Source: Flectonema sp. DT1601 (taxonomy: Eukaryota). From it: a stretch of DNA of 64,000 bases. Both the position numbers and the translations under genes were made by a program. The stretch covers positions 868,001-932,000 of the forward strand of contig OZ025801.1 in NCBI GenBank assembly GCA_964019425.1, read 5' to 3'. A model generated the notes under the pieces. The model was not told the DNA's origin. It did no database searches and saw only the letters and a program-made list of their open reading frames with translations. Shown here piece after piece: positions 55,503 to 64,000 of the stretch (positions within the stretch are counted from its first letter, which is position 1; each line of letters begins with the position of its first letter).

Positions 55503-58328
55503 ATGGAGGGAGTCGTACCTCCTGAAGGAGATTTAGCACATGATGCCTTCTTTGATTCGTTCCTCTTTGGAACGGAAGATAAAAAAGGTCAACTTAAGAT
55601 AACTCCGACTGATACTGATGAAGTAGCACAGTCTGAATTAGAGGGTAAATCCTTGTATAATAATTCGCTCAATAATAATAAATGGAATTCTAATATTCTA
55701 ATGGATAATCGGAACCATCAAAACGGTGACGTCTCTGCAGCAATCAATCCAATTGAAACCAACAATGTAAGTCAGAGCAGTAATCCTACACTAGATACAA
55801 GTGAAGTGATTCCTTCAACTGTAAGTCCGCGTGTGAGTGAACCACTTGCTGGAATACCAAATGGATCTCTTTTGAAAGAAGCAATAGCAGTACCCGTTAG
55901 AGAATCACAATTCACAATCAACGGGCGGCTTACTTCAGATAATGAACCTGAGGTAGAGAATCACAAAGTTCAGACATCCACGTCCACAGCAAGCGTTTCA
56001 GTAAATCACTTTCCTTGTGACACTTCTGTTTCAACTAATGGATTGACTGAACAACTTGCTGACAAACCGGAGGATGAAATACCTGAAAATCAATCGCTAC
56101 CTTCAGTGAGAAATAACAACACGATTCCAACACACTCAGAAGATAGTTCTGTAGAGAACCAGTTGATGTATTCTAATGAGGCTGTTAGTAGTACTCAAGT
56201 TAATATTCAGCCTTCAGTTGGTGTCAGTAACTCGACATCACAGAATGAGATCGAAGCCATCGCTGGTCTGACAGCATCTGAACGACTCGCAAACTTGAAT
56301 AAAATTAATATTCAGCCTGCTGTTCAATCAGAAGTTCATAATATTACATCTCCTGCTGTTGTTCCTGAAGTTGTTCCGAGTGAGGAAGTTGTGCAGCCAA
56401 CAGTGGGAGAACATAATAAAGTAAACCCTACTTACACTGTACCATCACCAAGAGATGATGTTGTGACCGAGTTAATGCAGACAGCTGCAACACCAAGTGA
56501 GCTGCTTTCAACTGTTCGCGATGAAGAACAAACAGAAAGAGTAGATCAATTCAGGGCTCTTCCTCCTCCAAGTAGCAGACGGTTTTCAGGAAGTGAGCCT
56601 TCTGAGCCAAGCGCGTCACATGTCGTACCGGATTGGCTTTTAGAAAATGCTCAAAATGGTCAACCGACCAACAGAAAGATAAAGAGATATTCATTCGCAT
56701 CATCGTCATCAGGTTCAACTGGTGATCCGAGATCAGTATTAGAGAAGACGAGAAGTATTGATATGCTTGAGGCATTATTAGATCAAGGCACTTGTACAAA
56801 ACCAGTTGAAAGTACTGAAGTTCAAGAAACAGCGCCATCAGCAGCTAGAAATGCCGGAGATGCTGCAGCACATCATGCGGAATGCGCAGTTTGCTTTGAA
56901 CCACTTTGTGACGGAACTTCAGTCGTCTTCGTTGACACCGATCGCCTTCGAGTTTGTCGGCACTACTTCCACGAAGAGTGTGTTACTGATCTGAGACCTG
57001 ATTCGGAGCAGACCTTTCGCTGTCCGCTGTGTCGTACTCCATTCACAATTATGACGAAGATGCCTGACCCTCGTCTTGAACCTAAATTATGGTTCCAACT
57101 TGCCTGTACAACAAAAACAGGCCAACTAACAAAAATGGAAGTACGAGACGTCCTCCTAGCAACAGTCAACACTGACTGTGATATATTAGAGTCTGTTGTT
57201 GATAAACGATGGAAAGATTGGGACAAGTCAAACACAGGAACCCTAACAAGTGAGGAAGCTGATGGACTGTTAGAATTCGTACGAATGAATGTTCCAGGAA
57301 GGAGACATAAACCACCTCCAAGTTTAATTACTGATCCAGGTTCTTGGTTTGAATTTATTGACACCTCAGGTACAGGATTACTAACTGAAGGACTCATATC
57401 AAGAGCTTTAATTAAATCATTCAAAGGAGGAGGTGCTGAGATTAGTGAGATTGCTCAAATGGTTGGAGAGCTGTTCCCTTTATTCGCTACCGCTAATCCT
57501 GATCCCCTGTCACCCCTCCTTCGTGGAGAAGCATTTGACCCACCGCGGATTAGTAAAACTGACTTCCTTATGGAGGACGGACTCGCTCAAGCCATCGTTG
57601 CTGAGCTTCGTCATCAAAATGTTGACATCTCAACTTATCAGGATCAAGAAGATGAGGAATTCGCTCAACAACTACAGCGAGAAATTAATGAAAACGATGA
57701 AACAGAACATCCTGGTGATATCATTAATGTAGTTCCTTGGGAATGTCTAATATGTACTTTTCATAACGTACCTGGTGATGAGAAGTGTCAGATGTGTGAG
57801 ACAGCCAAGCCAGTTATTGCTGAAAAGATACAAACTGGAGGATGTACTGCAGCTCCTGTTCCAGGTGATGATGAAGATGTTATTGAAGAGAGAGTTATTA
57901 GAGCTATGCCAGTATTTATCCCACCTCCTCCAGCACATGTTACTCCACCAATATCTCAACAGAGGGTTGTTACTCCTCCACTTGCACCACTTCCATCAAT
58001 TCCTTCTCCTTCTTCTTTGAGACGTTTTTCTACTTCTTCGGTAGGAAATCAACCTCCTGTTCCGCTCTTCTTACCGGAGTCTACTTGGGAAGCTGATACC
58101 AGTTCTGATGCTTGTCACGGTTGTCAATCTAAATTCACGTTCTTCCTACGTCGGCATCACTGTCGTGGATGTGGGAGACTTCACTGCGCGGAGTGTGCAC
58201 CAAATAAAATGGTTCCAACGAAAGGTTACATTCGAATCTGTGCATCCTGCCATCAACACCCAAGTCTTCGTGAGCTTATTGGAAGACAAATTAACAGAAG
58301 AAGTAGGGCACAGTCTTCTATGCAGTAA
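55503..58328 (+). CDS. RING finger, EF-hand-like, UIM-like, RanBP2 zinc finger and FYVE protein
   Basis: CAVC...CRHYFHEEC...CPLCR; DEEFAQQLQ; WECLICTFHN....CQMC; WEAD....CHGC..KFTFFLRRHHCRGCG. Confidence 0.88.
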   Translation: MEGVVPPEGDLAHDAFFDSFLFGTEDKKGQLKITPTDTDEVAQSELEGKSLYNNSLNNNKWNSNILMDNRNHQNGDVSAAINPIETNNVSQSSNPTLDTSEVIPSTVSPRVSEPLAGIPNGSLLKEAIAVPVRESQFTINGRLTSDNEPEVENHKVQTSTSTASVSVNHFPCDTSVSTNGLTEQLADKPEDEIPENQSLPSVRNNNTIPTHSEDSSVENQLMYSNEAVSSTQVNIQPSVGVSNSTSQNEIEAIAGLTASERLANLNKINIQPAVQSEVHNITSPAVVPEVVPSEEVVQPTVGEHNKVNPTYTVPSPRDDVVTELMQTAATPSELLSTVRDEEQTERVDQFRALPPPSSRRFSGSEPSEPSASHVVPDWLLENAQNGQPTNRKIKRYSFASSSSGSTGDPRSVLEKTRSIDMLEALLDQGTCTKPVESTEVQETAPSAARNAGDAAAHHAECAVCFEPLCDGTSVVFVDTDRLRVCRHYFHEECVTDLRPDSEQTFRCPLCRTPFTIMTKMPDPRLEPKLWFQLACTTKTGQLTKMEVRDVLLATVNTDCDILESVVDKRWKDWDKSNTGTLTSEEADGLLEFVRMNVPGRRHKPPPSLITDPGSWFEFIDTSGTGLLTEGLISRALIKSFKGGGAEISEIAQMVGELFPLFATANPDPLSPLLRGEAFDPPRISKTDFLMEDGLAQAIVAELRHQNVDISTYQDQEDEEFAQQLQREINENDETEHPGDIINVVPWECLICTFHNVPGDEKCQMCETAKPVIAEKIQTGGCTAAPVPGDDEDVIEERVIRAMPVFIPPPPAHVTPPISQQRVVTPPLAPLPSIPSPSSLRRFSTSSVGNQPPVPLFLPESTWEADTSSDACHGCQSKFTFFLRRHHCRGCGRLHCAECAPNKMVPTKGYIRICASCHQHPSLRELIGRQINRRSRAQSSMQ

Positions 58329-58762
58329 ATGGATGGTAAATATTAATAATAAACAAACGTATTCTATAAACTAGACTAGTCATTTTGACTATTCAATAGT
58401 GAGGTGAATGTTGTCGTTATTCTCATTTTGTTTCGTTTGATTCCTCTTTTTTCCCCCGTTTCCTCCGTCTAAAAAACGTTTTCCCCCTACTCCCCCTTTT
58501 TACCGGATGAATTGAAGAAGAGTTTTTTGTTCAATTCCACTATCCAGGCTAACACAATAATTTCTTCACTTTTGTTAATCGCGTGACGTGACATTTGCTC
58601 TCCTTTTCCCGATTTTTCCTCATGCTAGCAACTTCGTCATCTGGTTTGTTATTTGTTTACGATTGAGATACTAAGAACGGTCATTCTTTACATACTATTT
58701 CTTTATATATCAGGTTGGATTGAAAAGACGACGACGACAACTAATAATTTTCAGATATAATT

Positions 58763-61446
58763 ATGATACATCACACTTCACCGACATGTCATAGTCATAG
58801 AGTTGAGCCTTCCCCACCTACCTTTAAATCAATTAGTAAATCTCGTCGATTACGTATACCTGAGCAGACTAGGTTACCGTTGTTGACATCAGCAAAGGTT
58901 GGGTCGATTTCAGGACCTGACACGAGAAAGTGGTTGTCAAGTTATGCAGAAAAGAAGAATCTACTATCTACGGAAAGTAGCGGGTTCGATTCTATGCAAG
59001 ACGCTTTATTAGATAGCGTGACAGGTTTGGATCAGGAAGCACTCGAATTGGATGAAAAGTGGGGAGTCGTTTCCCGTCAATTGAGTGACATCGCCAGCAC
59101 AGGTTCACGTCGGAGTTATTTAGAACAAATTGAATTGATTTGCAGATTGTCGACAGCTACTGTCAGTGATTCGACGTCATCATTGTGTGCGAGAATGGAT
59201 TTAATATTTGCCTTCTGTAAGACACTGTCTCCGGTATTTCATAACTTTGCTAATTGTATGCGACAACACCTCCACATTCAACTATTCTGTAGTACACCAA
59301 CACTAGCACCGTGTTGTTTATTAGAAACTTCTTCAGAGTATGATGCACTCTGTAGGGCATACAGTCAGTATAGAACTTACAAAGAGCTTCACGGAACTAG
59401 AGTAGCAAACACAGAAGATCCAAGAATGAAAATTATAAAAAGAGTTATGAGACAAGGTGCTAGACAAGCATTACGCAGAGTACTGAAGGCTTGGCACCAC
59501 TACGTCAGAACAGAGTCCGCTATTGCAAAACTAAAACACGAAAAAACATCAGCCGAGTCTCTTATGGAACATTGGAAAACCAGATGTCTTCAATTCGAAT
59601 CGAGAGTTAAAGATTTGGAAGTTTCTTACGTTCATCTACAAGTCCGAACTCAGACTCAGGTCAAAGAAAAAGACGAAGAATCCAGCAAGAGAAACGCTCG
59701 TTTAAAAGGAATAAATCAAGATCTTACAGTGAAATTATCAAAGCTTGAGGAGGTAAAAAGCAACTTAAATACCAAACTAGAACAAGCAAGTATCCAAGCT
59801 TGTGAACGAGAAAAGCAACTCGCGAGAGACAACATCAGAATGCTGGAGTTAATAAGGAAACGAGTTCCGAAAATAGCAGTCGATCGCAGTCCTGTTCGAA
59901 CAGAGTTGTGCGACCTCATTCAACGTGGTGGTACTTTGACATGTATTCTAACAGCTTGGGTAAAACAACGAACTAAAACATATTGGAGCACACTTCGTCT
60001 TAACATCGATGAAATAGAGTTATTTGTTAGCGAAGAGTACAGTTCCAGAGACCTCTTAGAAGAATCAGCATTAAATGATATTACTGGTTTGTATTTTTTA
60101 AACGTCTTACATCACCAGGAGTACTTCGTAGGTCTAATACAAAACAAAACAACAACCCAGGAATGTTATTTTTAATTTTCTCAATCGCCCCACACACTGT
60201 TGACTTGCAAGCTATTAGTGATACCAGAGCAACTGTTGACAGAATAGAATTATATTTATCTGTGGTTAAGAAACTCGGTGTTAAAATCTTAACATCTCCA
60301 CAAGACATGATGTCCTACCCATCGTTAAGAATCGCTTCATTAGTTAAAATTGTATTGACGTTACTCACAACAGATCACGTCAAGTGGTTGGGATCTCGAC
60401 CTGAACCAGACATGCAAGAGTCTTCTATTGATGAAAATGCCAGCACTCATACTCTTATTGAAGCTCGGCTTAGCGAAGATTCTGCAGCAAGGGATTGGTT
60501 AGATATGTTGTCTTCTTGCAGTAATAAACTACAGACATCGTTAATTTCTCATTTTGTAGCTTATTTGCCGTCGGTTTCACAGCCGGTAGCGGCAATGCCG
60601 CAGAAGCCTTTTGCTGAGAATTCACTTATCACACAGTCGTTGTTTGATTCAATAACTGATAATTGTGATCAAAAAGATCTCATGAAGAAACTGTTAACAC
60701 TTCACTTGGAACGTTTAAGATGCATCTATGACTACTACAGTCTGAATGGAGGTATTTCTAAAATTGGTGTTCAGTCATTCTTAAAAGACATCAAGTTCAA
60801 TTCCGACTCAGAACCCCCCCGACGACGTCGCAGCAAGAGAAACACATCATTCGTTGGAACCACAGAGCAACTACGACAGCTAAATGTTACTGATTCTCCA
60901 ATTCCGTTTGTTGATTTCTTACTGTTGTTGGTTAAAATTGCTGTTGCGAACATACAAATAAAAGGCGTCGGTAACGAAACATCGTTCTTTGAGAAACTTC
61001 ATACGCTACTTCATATGCACGTGTTACCTAACGCATTCTATGTTGGGTTGAATGACTGGAATAGTTTAGTTATGAATGACAGTGTTAATAAAATAATTAG
61101 TGAGAATCAACCAGTTCTTCAAAAACTATACACAGAATACTGTACTGACAGGAATTGTTTAACATTTCAAGGATTTAGACAATGTGTTTCTAAAGCAATT
61201 GATGATGGGAGTGTGACTCAGATATCACTTCAGCATATTTTTCAAAAAGTTTCAAGGGGAGAACCAGTTGTTCATTACTCTTGTTTTCACATTCTCTTAA
61301 CATCTGTTTGCTGTTATAGAAATCCAGCTCCTTTTTATCCATTGCATCAAAAGTTACTTCAGTTTCTTAATATTTATATTTTACAACCTGAATTAAGTCA
61401 AAGGAAGTCTTCTCGAACTGGAAGAAAGTTCAGCTCAACGAGATGA
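58763..61446 (+). CDS. Hypothetical coiled-coil/helical protein; exons 58763-60086 and 60161-61446
   Basis: 74-nt phase-1 GTTTGT...ACCCAG intron (60087-60160) joins the two ORFs in frame. Confidence 0.75.
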
Positions 61447-61715
61447 ACTTTCTTCAGTTGTTGCATTCTACACGAGTTTGAATACTTGTGTTGTAGCTTT
61501 ATCTATTCACTGCCAGTTGATCACTACCGCGATCATATTATTTACACTGCTTCTGCTGTTGCTTTTTGAGCTGTTAAATCGTTCATTCAGGAATAGTTTG
61601 TGTCCCTTTTTTTTAAATTTACATTTCCTATTCTTTAACAGGTTATTAATAATTATTATTTATAAAGGATGTAATGACTACTAACTTCTTATTAACACTC
61701 ATCAGCTGATACAAA

Positions 61716-64000
61716 ATGAGAGCAACGCTGACACTGCTCAGCGCCGTAGTAGGCGCTGAAGCCGTCTGGTCTTTGGGACCTGAGTCGTTCAACTGCAAGA
61801 TGAGAAACTTGGCATGGGAGTACGGACAGAAGACTCTTCCGAAGTACGGAAAGTTCGAGAACTTGTACTACGCGTTGGGTCTGAACAAGGACTGTACGAA
61901 CGTTACGGGACCTGTTCACTTCACTCCTGCGGATTTGGAACCAAAGACACCGGTTTTCCCAAGCGGCAGCGGGTTCTCTGTTTACGTTGACTTCGTCAAG
62001 GGTAACGATGCCAACGATGGTTCAATCGACCATCCGCTTAAGAGCATCTCCGCTGGTGTGTCGAAGGCGTCGGGTAAGGCTGGGGCGTTCGTGTACCTGA
62101 GAGCTGGTACCCACTACCTCACTGAGACTGTTCAGATCACAGCTGAGAACAGCGGGATGACGATTCAGAACTACAACGGTGAGAAGGTGATTGTTTCTGG
62201 AGGACAGAGACTGGACGTGAAGTGGACTCCACACAACGTTGCTGACGGGAACAACATGTACGTTACGGATGTCACGGGAGTAGACTACGCGTGGGGATTC
62301 CAAAAAGACGGAATTCGTGCGACCCGTGCGAGATTCCCGAACGGAAACGTTGAGTTGCCGGAGAGAACTGTCGAAGCTGGTGATCCAAACGGTGTCAAGA
62401 TGATCCCAAGTGCCTCCGCTGTTTGGACCCCACCTGACTTGTCAAAGCAGGGAACCCAAACCTACATTACCAACACCAACCCTGCTCAGATGAGAAACTT
62501 CACAACCTACGGATTCCAAGAATACATGGTTGGTATTGGTGGACCTTGTGCTATCTACGACCCTCCGGTAGCTTACTGGTGTGCAGAAGCTGTGAAGGGA
62601 GGAGGTGCTTTTGCCTTCAGAGTTCCAAGGGGAGTGACTCCTGACAAGTCTGTGATCGCTCCGAAGGGAGGAGGTCCAGACTCTGGTCTCCACATGCCAT
62701 ACGCTAACCCTGAAGGGGCGATCATCAACGTCTGGAGACCTGCGAGATGGGCGAACTGGATGTTTGAACTTGGAAAGTACGACACCACGACTCGCAACAT
62801 CACCTTCGGAAGGGGAGGATTCCAGGGAGCGAGAGGAAACAACAAGGGAGGAGACTTCTTTATTGAGAATGTGATGGAAGAGTTCGACTACCCGAATGAG
62901 TTCTTCTTCGATCAGTCTGCCTCGAAGATGTACTTCTTCTACAACGGAACTGGTGCTCCTTCTGACAACTCTGAGTACGTAATCCCTACTGTGAAGATCG
63001 CCTTCAACCTCACCGCGAGCAGATGGAACCCAATTAGAGATGTTACTATTAGAGGTCTCACGATCACTGCCTTCAGATACACTTACATGGAACCTCACGG
63101 TGTTCCATCTGGTGGTGACTGGGCTCTTGACAGAATGGCTGCTGTGTTCTATGAGGGAACTGAGAACTGTCACTTTGACCAGAACCACATCACCCGTGTT
63201 GATGGTAATGGAGTAATGATCTCTGGATACAACCGCAATGCCACGATCACCAACAACGAGTTCTCTTGGATTGGAGGAAACAGTATGGCCGGATGGGGAT
63301 ACACCAACGAGACTGGAGCTCACCCTCTCGAAGGATTTGACGGAACCGATGGCAACCACCCAAAGTACACCACCATCATCAACAACTTGGCTCGTGAGAT
63401 CGGACACTATGAGAAGCAATCTGCTTTCTGGTTTCAAGGAAAGGTTGCTGCCAGTGTGATCAAGTTCAATGTGTTCTTCAACGGACCGAGAGCTGGTATC
63501 AACTTCAATGACGGTCTTGGTGGAGGTGATCTTCTGGAAGGTAACCTTGTCTTCTCAACTTGCAGAGAGTCAGGAGACCACGGACCGTTCAACAGTTGGG
63601 ATCGTCAGCCGTTCTTGTCATCCCAGAGAACTGGTCAGCCTTCCCTTCAAATGGCATGGAGAACATTGACCCGCAACTTCTTCATCGACAACTACAACCT
63701 GCAGGAGGGAATTGATAACGATGATGGTTCTGCGTTCTACCACACCCACGAGAACTTCCTTGTGAGTGGACGCCAGGGAATGAAGAACGACTTTGGTGGG
63801 CACGATAACTACCACTACAACAACCTTTACGGATACGTTGGTAAGGGATTCGGAATCTGTTCTCAGATTGCAGGTCACGAAGATGCTTTCTACAACAACA
63901 CTTTGGTTATGACCGGAACTGATGTTGGAAGTGGAGAGGGATGTTCTGGACCTGGAAAGACCATCGTTCACGACCTGAAGGTGTACACTCCAACTGGTAA
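61716..64000 (+). CDS. Secreted right-handed beta-helix protein (GH141/pectin-lyase-like), 3'-truncated by the window
   Basis: Not in the ORF track (no stop in window): MRATLTLLSAVVGAEA..., FYVDFVKGNDANDGSIDHPLKSI, VYLRAGTHYL, NYNGEKVIVSGG, RARFPN, EFDYPNEFFFD, DHGPFNSWDR; last codons in frame. Confidence 0.82.
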   Translation, partial: MRATLTLLSAVVGAEAVWSLGPESFNCKMRNLAWEYGQKTLPKYGKFENLYYALGLNKDCTNVTGPVHFTPADLEPKTPVFPSGSGFSVYVDFVKGNDANDGSIDHPLKSISAGVSKASGKAGAFVYLRAGTHYLTETVQITAENSGMTIQNYNGEKVIVSGGQRLDVKWTPHNVADGNNMYVTDVTGVDYAWGFQKDGIRATRARFPNGNVELPERTVEAGDPNGVKMIPSASAVWTPPDLSKQGTQTYITNTNPAQMRNFTTYGFQEYMVGIGGPCAIYDPPVAYWCAEAVKGGGAFAFRVPRGVTPDKSVIAPKGGGPDSGLHMPYANPEGAIINVWRPARWANWMFELGKYDTTTRNITFGRGGFQGARGNNKGGDFFIENVMEEFDYPNEFFFDQSASKMYFFYNGTGAPSDNSEYVIPTVKIAFNLTASRWNPIRDVTIRGLTITAFRYTYMEPHGVPSGGDWALDRMAAVFYEGTENCHFDQNHITRVDGNGVMISGYNRNATITNNEFSWIGGNSMAGWGYTNETGAHPLEGFDGTDGNHPKYTTIINNLAREIGHYEKQSAFWFQGKVAASVIKFNVFFNGPRAGINFNDGLGGGDLLEGNLVFSTCRESGDHGPFNSWDRQPFLSSQRTGQPSLQMAWRTLTRNFFIDNYNLQEGIDNDDGSAFYHTHENFLVSGRQGMKNDFGGHDNYHYNNLYGYVGKGFGICSQIAGHEDAFYNNTLVMTGTDVGSGEGCSGPGKTIVHDLKVYTPTG

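Noticed and set aside
62022..63971. Minus-strand ORFs (93, 331, 117 aa)
   Set aside because: Shadows of the + strand beta-helix gene

Overview
AT-rich eukaryotic (intron-containing) DNA, most likely a euglenozoan protist such as a diplonemid. Evidence: an alpha-tubulin C-terminal fragment of the ...GAESADxEGEEDxEEY type, VIPER-, Ingi- and CRE-type retroelements, and all host genes on the + strand. Host genes: KATNAL2-like katanin, an exportin/importin-beta-like protein, a secreted Cys-rich protein, two SLC35A nucleotide-sugar transporters, CCDC39-like, a ~3650-aa EGF/IPT multi-pass membrane protein (4 exons), a RING-FYVE protein, a 2-exon hypothetical, and a secreted beta-helix (GH141-like) ORF that runs off the window. 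The accessory content is rich. (1) 1-10.8 kb: a giant repeat-expanded ORF with tandem DUF86/HEPN-like RNase motifs and a C-terminal Josephin-like deubiquitinase, broken by a 1220-bp triplication and followed by four hammerhead-ribozyme-like repeats and a captured alpha-tubulin mRNA 3' end. (2) A VIPER-like tyrosine-recombinase retrotransposon, a tRNA-Arg gene and an Ingi-like remnant nested in one transporter intron, with a SIRE-like 'empty' junction copy at 35.8 kb. (3) A CRE-type non-LTR element whose ORF continues past the endonuclease into a USP deubiquitinase and RNase H1 hybrid-binding domains. (4) A 4.8-kb non-autonomous TIR transposon (6-bp TSD) carrying mosaic tRNA-like units and an antisense 28S rRNA fragment. 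All domain calls are by eye from motifs; no searches were run.
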